Shown here: piece after piece, positions 12,401-24,644 of the stretch
Position numbering within the stretch: the stretch's first letter is position 1
Layout: each line of letters starts with the position of its first letter
Assembly (NCBI GenBank): GCA_047967505.1
Contig: CM106538.1
Reading direction: 5' to 3' (one strand)
DNA: 64,000 bases
DNA from: Dipteris shenzhenensis
Lineage: Eukaryota
Made by a program: the position numbers and the translations under genes
Notes under the pieces: model-generated
What the model was told of the DNA's origin: nothing
The model's database searches: none
The model's input: only the letters and a program-made list of their open reading frames with translations

Positions 12401-14148
12401 AATATTAGTGGACCTATAGTGTCCTCTAGCACTGGTTACATACTTCGCCATGGACAGGCAGATTGAGATCAGGAGAATCTCCTCAAAGCAATGCAGATAG
12501 TGGTATGTAGGTATCACGAAAAGGAAAAAAGAAGGTAGATCAGCCCATGTTTGATGTGAATGCAGGTCACTCTTATGTGGATGGTGAATCTAGTGGCTCA
12601 GAACAGAGCATTGTTGACGAGTTAGGTATTCCTTCTATTGTTACACCTGGAGTAAGGAAGACCAGGGATGTTTTGAGAGCACTTGGAAGTGAGCCTATTT
12701 TGTGCAGGTATACCAGAGCTAGGTATCCTATGGATAGGCTGAAATATGATGGATATACAGCCATTCACTATGCCTATATGGTCAAAGTGATACAGGAACC
12801 AGATTCCACTTTTTTTGAGCAAGCCATGGGAAAAGAAAAATGGGAGAAAGCCATGGATGAAGAAATGGATGCCTTGGAAGCAAATGCTACATGGGAATTG
12901 GTGCCTTTGCCTAAAGACAAGAATGCAATTGGTTGTAAGTGGGTTTATAAGGTAAAGCACAATGCAGATGGTTCTGTGAACAGATACAAGGCAAGATTAG
13001 TTGTCAAGGCATATGCACAGACATATGGCATTGATTATGAAGAAACATTCAGTCCGGTTGCAAGGATGACAACCGTAAGAGCAGTCACTGCTACGGTTCC
13101 ATCAAAGGGATGGTCTTTACATCAGATGGATGTAAAGAATGCCTTCTTGCATGGTGATTTGCAAGAAGAGGTCTTTATGGAGCAGCCACCAGGTTATGTT
13201 ATGCTGTTCATCCTGAGTTTGTTTGCAGGTTGAAGAAAGCCTTGTATGGCTTGAAGCAAGTACCTAGAGCATGGTCTGACAAGATAGGACAATATCTTGT
13301 CACTATTGGCTTTCAGATTTCCAAGGCAGATTTCTCACTTTATGTGAGAAAAATAGAGAAAGGTATTATACGGCTTGTCATTTATGTTGATAATTTGATC
13401 ATCACAGGTGATAGTGATGAAGATATCCTTCATGTGAAAATGCTATTGAAGTAGAAGTTTGAGATGAAGGATTTGGGAGAGCTGCATTATTTCTTGGGCA
13501 TTGAGGTGATTATATCACCAAGTGGGATACGGCTCTTGCAGAGGCAATATGGATTGGACATGCTGTCCAAATATGGGATGATATGCTATAAGACTATTTT
13601 AGTTCCTTTGGAGCAGAATGTGAAGTTGAGCATAGATGCAGGTGAGTTTCTGGAAGACCCTACTATGTACAGACACATAGTAGGAAGTTTGATTTATATG
13701 ACTATTACCAGGCCAGATTTGAGCTATGCTGTTGGATTGGTAAGTCAGTTTATGCAGGCTCCAAGGAAACCGCATTTCGATGCGGCTAGACGCATACTCA
13801 GGTATGTGAAGTCCACATTGCAGTATGGACTATTTTATGAGACTGGGGTTCAGATTCAGTTGCATGGATACACTGATGCTGATTGGGCTGGTAGTATTTC
13901 TGATAAACGATCTACAAGTGGATATGTATTCTCATTTGGGAGTGTTGCAGTCACTTGGTAGCAAGAAACAGCCTACAGTTGCCTTGTCGAGCATAGAGGC
14001 TGAGTACAAGGGTGCAGCAATGGCTGCATGTGAGGTAGCTTGGTTGCATAAGCTACTTTATGATATGCATTAGTCTACAGATGGGCCAGTTGTCATTTAT
14101 TGTGACAAAATGAGCAGTATACACTTGGCAAATAACCCAATCTATCAT
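9466..14148 (+). mobile_element. Ty1/copia (Tnt1-like) retrotransposon copy A; 5' LTR only, truncated in RNase H
   Basis: LTR 9466-9731 (tgttgaga...ttcaca), PBS tggtattagagc 9732-9743, gag ATG at 10225. Motifs: WYVDSGA protease, LELIHSDVW and LRSDGGGEY integrase, CKWVYKVK and [20 protein letters not shown] RNase H. Confidence 0.95.
10225..14148 (+). pseudogene. copia gag-pol polyprotein, multiple stops and frameshifts
   Basis: ORFs 10349, 10986, 11502, 12086, 12547, 13230, 13464 and 13825 fall in copia domain order (gag-PR-IN-RT-RH). Confidence 0.93.
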
Positions 14149-14344
14149 AGCTCAAATCTAGCCTGGTAATAGTCATATAAATCAAACTTCCTACTATGCA
14201 TCTGTACATAGTAGGGTCTTCCAGAAGCTCACCTGCATCTGTGCTCAACTTCACATTCTGCTCCAAAGGAACTGAAATAGGCTTACAGCCTGTCATCCCA
14301 TATTTGGACAACATGTCCAATCCATACTGCCTTTGCAAGAGCCA
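14146..14344 (-). mobile_element. copia copy B, distal RT fragment separated from the rest of copy B by the MULE insertion
   Basis: Translates to QRQYGLDMLSKYGMTGCKPISVPLEQNVKLS..., which directly continues the RT frame ending GIWLL at 24645. Confidence 0.92.
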
Positions 14345-14995
14345 GAGGCAGTCGATAGAGCGAGCAAGGAAAAGCGAGCGGGCCCAAAAAAGCGAGCGAG
14401 CTTTTCCACAATTTCCTTATCGAGGTACTCAACATAGCTTTGTGGAAACCACTATTTGGGAAGATTATCGAAAATAAAACTTATGTTACTATGTGTATCT
14501 ATACCAATATTGCGAATTATAGTCTACCTTAACTTCCAATTAGAGCCATACTCACATTATGCAACAATAGTATGTGGGTTTGAAAGAGACCGAATTTCCA
14601 CTCCAAAGCGAATTCCATTACTGATACAACAATTCTTTTGCATTTGAAATGGGTCTTATTATCAAACTCCTTCAATAATCAAACAAATGCGTTGCTTGAT
14701 ATGTTGAACTTAGTAACGTAAACATCACTTCACCCATATGCGGGGAAAAAAAACTGTCTGTAGACTTCATAGCATGGGATTGCATCAACACTTATGACAT
14801 TCAAAATGGTTCTTCTTATTAAAAGTGTTATCAACCATGAAAGAAGTGAATGTTTAAAAATAGTTCACCCGTATGTTGAAAAACCTGTGTCATTTATGAC
14901 ATTCAAAATTGTTCTTGCAACCATCCTGTAGTTCCTAGAGATTTTGCCCATACTTCCAACCCCTTCCCTTCAACCACTAAGAGGTATCTAATAGT

Positions 14996-15355
14996 TTTAT
15001 AGAACACTTGAGATATCATCACCTCCTAATACAAAACCATTATTACTATTTGTAGAACACTTGAGATATCATCACCTCTTAATACAAGACCATTCTTACT
15101 ATTTGTAGAACACTTGAGATATCATCACTCCTTCCCTTCAGCCACTAAGAGGTACCTAATACTTTTGTAGAGCACTTGAACCATTCTTACTATTTGTAGA
15201 ACACTTGAGATATCATCACCTTTTAATACAAAACCATTCTTAGGATTTGTATAACACTTGAGATATCATCACCTCTTAATATAAGACCATTCTTAGTATT
15301 TGTGGATCACTTTAGATATCATCGCCTCTTAATACAAGACCATTCTTACTATTTG
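14996..15355. repeat. Minisatellite, ~53-bp unit (gtagaacacttgagatatcatcacctcttaatacaagaccattcttactattt), about 6 imperfect copies
   Basis: gaacacttgagatatcatcac and variants recur near 15002, 15054, 15108, 15198, 15252 and 15308. Confidence 0.85.
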
Positions 15356-15407
15356 AGAGATTAATGGATTAAAGGTTTGAAGCTCATAGGAGACGAAGGA
15401 AGAGAAA

Positions 15408-15570
15408 GTCAGTTTCAACATGAGGACAATAAAACTAATTGGAATATTTTGACTTATGTATTATACCTTTTTGAAGACTATGAATTTAAGTCAGTTTCAA
15501 CATTAAGATGATAAAACTAATTAGAATATTTTGACTTATGTATTATCTATTTTTGAAGACTATGAATTTT
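15408..15570. repeat. Tandem duplication, ~82-bp unit x2
   Basis: agtcagtttcaaca...tttttgaagactatgaattt occurs twice. Confidence 0.85.
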
Positions 15571-17824
15571 AATGAGGAGAGGCATGCACACTACTTAGTA
15601 AATACGCTAGTACTACTAGTAGCCTACGACCATTAAGCCTAGTAGCACCAGTGTGATTTTGAGCCTTGTATCAACCTTTTGATAATTTTCTTTCATCGTT
15701 AGTGCAATAGAAATTATTCTTTCTATCAGAAGAATCTTGCCAAATTTATTCAAAGTGATGATTTTGTAGTCTACAGCCACTATTCTCTGACTCCCAAAAA
15801 TATATTAAATGTGAGCACCCATTTATCTTGTATGATCAACCCTAGAGTATGCTGCAATAGGACATTACTAGAACAAAAAAAATATGAATTGATATGGTGA
15901 TGTTCGGTGTGAAATAACCAAATTAAGGATTTAATAAGAAAGAAAACAATCAGAATCAATAGGCTATTCAATGGCTCAAATCTGCACAACAATTATAGTG
16001 TGCCTCCCAACTCTTATGCATTCCAGCTCCTCATGTTTGAAAGAATGCAAACAATAATGAAATCACATTATCTTTAGTTTCAAAGTAAGCAAAGCACCAA
16101 AAATAAATGCAAACATACTGGATGAGGAATAAATAGGTATAGATATAGATAGACCTATATATATGCATTTATAGATATAATGATGATTAAAGTTAGACAG
16201 TCATAATAATATTATGTGTACTATCATTGGGATTAGGACTACTATTGGTAATATTGTATGTAGTAATAGGAGAACTACCATTAAGGAACACTCTAATAAA
16301 ATTACTAATGGTGGTGACAAAACTACCACTAGTAGTTTGGTAATTACCCCTAACATCTACAACAAATATTTGATGGGTAGCTAGTATTCGGTCAAAAGGC
16401 CCCAATTGTGTTATAATAATGGACCAAAAAAGGGAGTGCTATAGCATCACCTAAGGGTCACTTTTTATCCATGAAAGAAACAAGTCGGTGCAACCTAGGT
16501 CATATAGATCTAGGTCATGTGGAGTGGTTCGCATCTCTTTCCTTGACAAAAAAGCTACACTACCTTTGATAGTAACTACAAAGATTGCTACCATAGTGCC
16601 GTAGAGTAGCCCCTAGGTTGCACCATCATCCTTTTTTGCTTTTGAGCCATTAAGTTTGATCCACTGATTTTATGTAGAATTATTCTACTATATGTTCACA
16701 TGTCCTTAATAGAATCTTGATATAATCCCTTCCATTGTAAGTACTTTTACTATAAGTTTCACATATCCTTAACAAACCACTAGGCTTCAACACAGATTCA
16801 TTTTTATGTTTCAAGCCTCAAACTCAAACACCCTTGTAAAAGGGATAATGTATTAAAGCTACATTCAATCCATCAAATCTTTTGAATGATAGTTCTATTG
16901 AAAATTCATGTATCATCAATAGGATTTCATCCATTATATGTTCATTTGTCTTTAATAGTATGTCTAAAAATTCATGTATCTTCAATATTATTTCTCTCAT
17001 GTGTTCCAATATCTTCAAAAGGATACCTTTATTTATTACCAAACTTGAGCATTGATTTGTATTTATCAAACAAAATTTCACTCCACCTATTCTTTAGAAT
17101 GAAATTTTTTCGCCAAAAGTGGGCCAAACGTAAGGTCTTTCCATATATTCTTAAGAATGAAATTTTTGGCCTTACGTTGGCAAGTCTATGGAATGAGGGT
17201 AAGGCCAAAGTCTCTGGTATGGTGCATTAGGTCTTGATTAATTCTTCTTTAGGCTTGAATATTTAATGCATTAACTTCATGACTATTATTTATGCTTGAG
17301 CTTGTAATGTATTGATTTCATGACTTAGGAAGTTATATCTAACATGTCCCAAATTTAATGGAAATTAATATCCTACATAACACAACAAAGTATCATCATA
17401 TCCCTTCCCAAAATCAATGCTACCTAGCAACTCTCTTGGCATTTTGACTACCTTGCATTTGAGTTAGCTATGATGAAGAATGTTTCCTGCCTTTGGAACC
17501 TCTTAGAGTTACCGTTAGCATGATCTAATTTCATGTACCCCAAAACTTGAGACTTGGAGATTCCCATATCACACCAGCGGTAGCTGTCTTGTCCACTATC
17601 AATGCTAGTAAGAGCTGGGCCCCATAGACTGGTAAAAGAAGTCTTTTTGGAGGTTCAATTTTTTCCCTCCGTCTTCTGTAGGCCTCATGATGAAATAGGA
17701 TATATTCATCACCCTACATTTAATGCAAGAATTGAGACAACTTTTTTTGGACCTGACTATGCAGTTTACATCTTAAAATTGGTGCTAAAATTGCAGACTG
17801 GGAGATTCCCATATCACACCAATG

Positions 17825-18193
17825 TTAATGCGTTGCCTATTTTAGGCATTCAAACCTAAAAGTAGCACCCCATATCTTTAGACTTGCATATCCGAATGGG
17901 GTCATGTCATATATCAAATCGAATGGCAAGATCCAATTTAGATGGTTTTCATGTCCATTTTCTCCATCAACTAAAACTATATTCATCAAATAATGTTGTT
18001 TATCAATTTTTGGCATACCCCCCCCCCAAAAATCAAGACCCCCATTGCAAAGAAGGGTAAGGAACACAAGTGCTTGTTCTTATGCTCATGAGACAAAAAA
18101 ATGCATGAAATAGGCAACCAATGGGGTCCTAATTTTGCTGTATGTATGTAAGTATGTATATATGTATGTATATACATACATATATATCTATAT

Positions 18194-18231
<38 letters not shown>

Positions 18232-19192
18232 TACTAAAAAAAAAGTGTGTGTATGTATGTATGTATGTATACATATATATATATATATGTATATGTATAT
18301 GTTGATGCATATATGTATATATTGATGTATATATTGATGCATACAATTTTGATATATGGAGAAAATGGACATTAAAACCATCTAAATTGGCTATTGTCGT
18401 TCGATTTGATATATGACATGATCCCATTTGGATTTGTAAGTCCAAAGATATGGGGTCCTACTTTCCCCCTACTTTTAGGGTGTGAATGCCTAAAATAAGC
18501 AGGGCATTAACGCACTACCTATTTCATGCATTTAGGCCTCAAAAGTAGGACCCCATTGGCAACACAATGGGGTCCTAGTTTTGAGGCCTAAATGCATGAA
18601 ATAGATAGCGCGTTAACGCGCTGCCTATTTTAGGCATTCAGGCCCTAAAGTTAGTACCCCGTATCTTTGGACTTGCATATCCAAATGGGGTCATGTCATA
18701 TATCAAATCGAACGGCAAGATCCAATTTAGATGGTTTTCATGTCCATTTTCTCCATCAACTAAAACTATATTCATCAAATAATGTTGTTGATCAATTTTT
18801 GGCATACCCCCCCAAAATCAAGACCCCCATTGCAAAGAAAGGTAAAGAATACAAGTGCTTGTTCTTATGCTCGTGAGACAATAAAATGCATGACATGGGA
18901 AACCAATGGGGTCTTACTTTTGATGTTTGTATGTATGTATGTATGTATGTATATATATGCATGTCCTAATTTTGAGGCCTAAATGCATGAAATAGACAGT
19001 GCATTAATGCGTTGCCTATTTCAGGCATTCAAGCCCTAAAAGTAGGACCCCGTATCTTTGGACTTACAAATCTAAATGGGGTCATGTCATATATCAAATC
19101 AAATGGCAAGAGCCAATTTAGATGATTTTCATGTCCATTTTCTGCATATATCAAAATTGTATGCATCAATATATACATATATGCATCAACAT

Positions 19193-19281
<89 letters not shown>

Positions 19282-19332
19282 TGTATGTATGTATATGTTG
19301 ATGCATCAACATATACATACATACATACATAC

Positions 19333-19364
<32 letters not shown>

Positions 19365-19852
19365 ATGTTGATGCATATATGTATATATTGATGCATACAA
19401 TTTTGATATATGGAGAAAATGGACATGAAAATCATCTAAATTGGCTCTTGCCATTTGATTTGATATATGACATGACCCCATTTAGATTTGTAAGTCCAAA
19501 GATACGGGGTCCTACTTTTAGGGCCTGAATGCCTGAAATAGGCAGCGCATTAATGCCCTGTCTATTTCATGCATTTAGGCCTCAAAATTAGGACCCCATT
19601 GTGTTGCCAATGGGGTCCTACTTTTGAGGCCTAAATGCATGAAATAGGTAGCGCATTAATGCACTGCCTATTTCAGGCATTCAGGCCCTAAAAGTAGGAC
19701 CCCATATCTTTGGACTTACAAATCTAAATGGGATCATGTCATATATCAAATCGAACGACAAGAGCCAATTTAGATGGTTTTAATGTCCATTTTCTCCATA
19801 TATTAAAATTGTATGCATCAATATATACATCAATATATACATATATGCATCA

Positions 19853-19943
<91 letters not shown>

Positions 19944-19966
19944 CATACATACATACATACATACAT

Positions 19967-20003
<37 letters not shown>

Positions 20004-20126
20004 TATAAAGAACACAAGTGCTTGTTCTTATGCTCATGAGACAACAAAATGCATGACATGGGAAACCAATGGGGTCTTACTTTTGATGTTTGTATGTATG
20101 TATGTATGTATATATATGCATGTACA

Positions 20127-20187
<61 letters not shown>

Positions 20188-20816
20188 ATGTATATGTTGA
20201 TGCATATATGTATATATTGATGCATACAATTTTGATATATGGAGAAAATGGACATGAAAATCATCTAAATTGGCTCTTGCTGTTTGATTTGATATATGAC
20301 ATGACCCCATTTAGATTTGTACGTCCAAAGATACAGGGTCCTACTTTTAGGGCCTGAATGTCTGAAATATTAACGCGCTGCCTATTTCATGCATTTAGGC
20401 CTTAAAAGTAGGACCCCATTGGCAACACCAATGGGGTCCTACTTTTGAGGCCTAAATGCATGAAATAGGCAGCGCATTAATGCGCTGCCTATTTTATGCA
20501 TTCAGACCCTAAAAGTAGCACCCTGTACCTTTGGACTTGCATATCCGAATGGGGTCATGTCATATATCAAATCGAATGGCAAGATCTAATTTAGATGGTT
20601 TTCATGTCCATTTTCTCCATCAACTAAAACTATATTCATCAAATAATGTTGTTTATCAATTTTTGGCATACCCCCCCCAAAATCAACGTGCTTGTTCTTA
20701 TGCTCATGAGACAACAAAATGCATGAAATAGGCAACCAATGGGGTCCTAATTTTGTTGTATGTATGTAAGTATGTATATATGTATGTATATACATACATA
20801 TATATCTATATGTGTG

Positions 20817-20880
<64 letters not shown>

Positions 20881-21490
20881 TATGTACGTATGTATGTATG
20901 TATTTATGTATGTATATATACATACATACATATGTATATATTGATGCATATCTTGATGTATATATTCATGTATACAGTTTTGATTGATGGAGAAAATAGG
21001 CATGAAAAGCATCTAAATTGGCTCTTGCCATTCGATTTGATATAGGACATGATGCCATTGGGATTCGTAAGTCCAAAGATACGGGGTCCTACTTTTAGGG
21101 CATGAATTCTTGAAATAGGCAGCTTGTTAATGTGCTGCCTATTTCATGCATTTAGGCCTCAAAAGTAGGACCTCATTTGGTCCTATATGGGGTCCTACTT
21201 TTGAGGCCTAAATGTATGAAATAGGCAGCGCATTGACGCACTGCCTATTTCAGGCATTCAAGCCCTAAAAGTAAGACCCCGTATCTTTGGAATTACAAAT
21301 CCAAATGGGGTCATGTCATACATCAAATCGAATGGCAAGAGCCAAATTAGATGTTTTCTTGCCTATTTTATCTATTTAATAAAACTATATGCATCAAATA
21401 ATGTTGTTTATCAATTTTTGGCATACACTCCCAAAATCAAGACCCCCATTGGAAAGAAAGGTAAGGAACACAAGTGCTTGTTCTTATGTT
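17825..21490. repeat. Foldback array: about 10 copies of a ~190-bp module in mostly alternating orientation, separated by TA/CATA/TG microsatellites
   Basis: The module core gggtcatgtcatatatcaaatc...gtccattttctcc recurs on both strands. Near-identical ORFs 19029-19481(-) and 19076-19528(+) define a palindrome centred near 19278. Confidence 0.92.
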
Positions 21491-22107
21491 CAGGAGACAT
21501 CCTGGTAGCCCAAAAATGGCAGTGCATCAATGCGCTATCATTTTTGGGTTGCCAAGTCTCTTCTTTGTTGTCTCACGAGCACACATATGGAGGTTATTAT
21601 ACAATATAACTAAGAAGTAGTATTGAAGTAGTTCTACAATTTGGATGCATTAAGAGCATTCATATAGCAAGGAAGAATATAATAATTGAATGCATTACAT
21701 ATTGCTAGTGAGACTACCAAAAAGAGGCTCTACCCCTCATGATGTCTCTGGATACAGAATATGAGATTGCTTGATGCTTAGATTGCAGCTGGAAACGTTG
21801 CATGGGCAAAGCCACTATATGCCTCAAGTGTTGGAAATTGATGTATGGCTCAAGTGCTAGAATGTGCAAATCATGGCCAAAATCAAGACCCCTTAGAGAT
21901 TCCATGAGGGCTATCCTTTTGCTACTACACACGTCACCTTTAGTCGAGGGCAGAACCATTTGTCATCATAGGCAGTAGGTTCATGGGACCCCATCCTATG
22001 ATCCAAGGCATTATTCAAAGACAAAGTATTTTTGACCATTCCCAAATCGAGTTTGCCAATTCCTAATCTGATTGATTTCATTTATTGGACTTGCAATGCT
22101 TGTAAAG

Positions 22108-22210
22108 CCCTTGCTTAAGCTTGAATGAGCCTCTTGATTTTGGGGGTATAATGGTCAAAAATGCCTTAACACACCCAAAATCAAGAGGCTCATTCAAGCT
22201 TAAGCAAGGG
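22108..22210. repeat. Perfect 37-bp inverted repeat (hairpin) with a ~29-nt loop
   Basis: Arms are cccttgcttaagcttgaatgagcctcttgattttggg and cccaaaatcaagaggctcattcaagcttaagcaaggg. Confidence 0.92.
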
Positions 22211-24644
22211 TTTTGCAGGTCTTGTTTTTGGGTGGCAAAAGCACAAAAAATGACAGCGCATTAATGTGTTGCCATTCTTATGCTTCCCCCCTCCAAAAAC
22301 AAGACCCCCAAGCTATTCATTGGAGACACCAAAATGAGGGGAAGGATGACGTGAGGAGTAGAGGAGCTTGCCAATGAGGGGAGGGATAGCAACCTTGGAA
22401 TTGCCAACAACAAGCATGATGCAAGGAGGTGAGAAGGCAAAGAAGCAAGGAGGTGAGGAGGTGAGGAAGCAAGGAGGCGAGGAGGCAAGAGGCAGTCTTG
22501 AAGGGCAACAAGAGGGTGGAGGTGGTCGAAAGAGTAAGTAGGAAAGGGAGGGATGGAGATTGCTTGCAGGAAATGCTTCGATTAATGCTACAAATGCCAT
22601 TTTTTTGTGTGTGTTTTGCAGCATGAAATTTTTATGGCATTTTTCTTTAAAAAATACAACATCGTTGTGATTAATTGTGCTACAAACAACTCAAGCCATA
22701 AAGCACCATGGATCAATACAACAATATACATCACAAATGGATGCATACACTCATATACATCACCGATGGATGCATACACTTATACTCACATCAATTTCCA
22801 ATATTGTATTAGATGGACCCTTAGCATATATGTGTGCATAGAAGACCATTTCCTACATTGATCCCTGATTTCATAGTTAAATTATTCCCTTTCTCATATT
22901 CTAACATGTGAAGATTTAATGTACATGCATTATGGGCACATTATATTGCAGTTTATGTCTAACTTTTTTTATGAATGCATGATACTTGTATATGGTCAAA
23001 GAAGTTATATTATCATTTTTGAATGACAACATTACTCTATGCTCCATTTTATCCTATATTAGAAACTATGATCACTAGATATTACATAAATGTATTGCTC
23101 CATTATATCCTATACTAAAAACTATTTTGACCCAAATACATAATGCCAATTGAGGTTAGTACTTATGACAAGTGATGAAAACAATCTAATGGTATGAATG
23201 AGATCTTGTAAATTTTGGATATATAATATGGGTACTATGTTGATTGAGCTATTTTTCTAAGGGAATATTTTCAATTTAATTACTAAATACATACTTACAA
23301 TGGTGACCTGATTTCCATCTATATGTATAATCAAGTTTTACTTTGTGTTTTAAAAAAAGCTTTTGCATAAGGTTAAAATTCGAATAGTATTTATATTTGT
23401 TTAAGACTACCCATTGAGCTGGCTCCTATCCTTATCTTGAACATGATAATGTTCATAAAGATTTTATGAATACAAATAGATAGCATTGGCTCTCTTTTTA
23501 GTGGTTGGGAATGAACCCTAAAAGTACCCTAAAATGACTATGTATTCCCTCATTTGTAGCATGGAAGTGATCATGGTAGAGTGGCCTAATCCCTATTTTG
23601 CTTTTTTCATAGGTTCTTTTGCTACTCATGATTTGCGGATACACCACGGCATAGATCCGAATAGATATTTGGTTTTTTGCTTCAACTTGTTTGACTAGAC
23701 TTTCCTTGATGATTGTCCGATTTTGCATGATGAGTAGTCATTGGCTTAATTGATGCATTAAGTGCAATGTTTTCCTTAAAGTTTTTCATACTACAGGATA
23801 CGAGTTTGCTTATAGGGGTGGAAATAGAAGCTTGTTAATGCCTGGTGCATATTTTTCGTTAGATGCAATAGGATACTATTTACAGAGTGTCTTTGCCAAT
23901 TATTTCACTTGAATCATGCTCCTCTTATGCTTGAGTTTGTGATCACATATTGAGTTTAACATAATAGTCTATAGGATACTGGGGATGAGCACTCAACATA
24001 GTGGTTAGATGCATTCATTTCTAGTTCCGATAGAACTATCATTCAGACATTGGTCATAATAGAAGTATGGAGGGCTAAAATCCTTTTTTGGCTCCCTAAG
24101 TTTTTTAAAGCATGGTATTGTCCAGATTACATAGGTATTTTCACTGAGAAAAATTAATCCTTATGATGAAAATGTGTTTTTTTTCTTTTGACATAGTTAG
24201 TTGTGTTTCCATGTTTTTGGATCGAATGTATAAATGATCTTCTGCAAGCATGAAAGACATGATATGTATATGTAGCACATGATCATGTTTACATATTTTT
24301 AGTCATATATTCTACCTTGTGATCTATCATTATCTTGCTGTGTGGATGTTCAATCTGAGTAGTGTTTGCTTTTTTTATCGCAAATTTTATGTATTGTTGT
24401 GTCTCTACCTCTCTATAACGGCTCAAATGTGATAGTATTGGGATGAAAGAGAAGTTAATTGTGAATTTCATGCATGCCTTCATTGTTGGAATATGTTTAA
24501 TTTGCTTATGATCACATCAATTGTTCCAATGATATTGAGAGGAATAAGATGCTGGATGAGGTTCTCGCTCGCTTGAAACCTATTTAATCTTGCTCGCTTA
24601 TTTGCGGCTGCTCGCTTTCCTCTGCTCGCTTTTTGATAATCCTC

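Larger units (their letters stand above)
14345..24644. mobile_element. Mutator-like (MULE-type) DNA transposon, 10.3 kb, no intact transposase seen
   Basis: Perfect 9-bp TSD caagagcca (14336-14344 and 24645-24653) splits a copia RT frame. Both ends read GAGG inward, followed by inverted clusters of AGCGAGC motifs. The superfamily is inferred from TSD length and GAG termini. Confidence 0.8.

Noticed and set aside
14996-15355. Regularly recurring repeat as a possible CRISPR array
   Set aside because: The sequence between cores is itself repeated, so there are no unique spacers. The context is eukaryotic and has no cas genes.
17986-21045. Many ORFs rich in YI/HT/CV/MY
   Set aside because: They are translations of TA/CATA/TG microsatellites inside the foldback array, not genes.
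21870-21950. RFHEGYPFATTHVTF resembling a ubiquitin-conjugating enzyme motif
   Set aside because: Too short, flanked by stops, and no catalytic HPN/Cys region follows.
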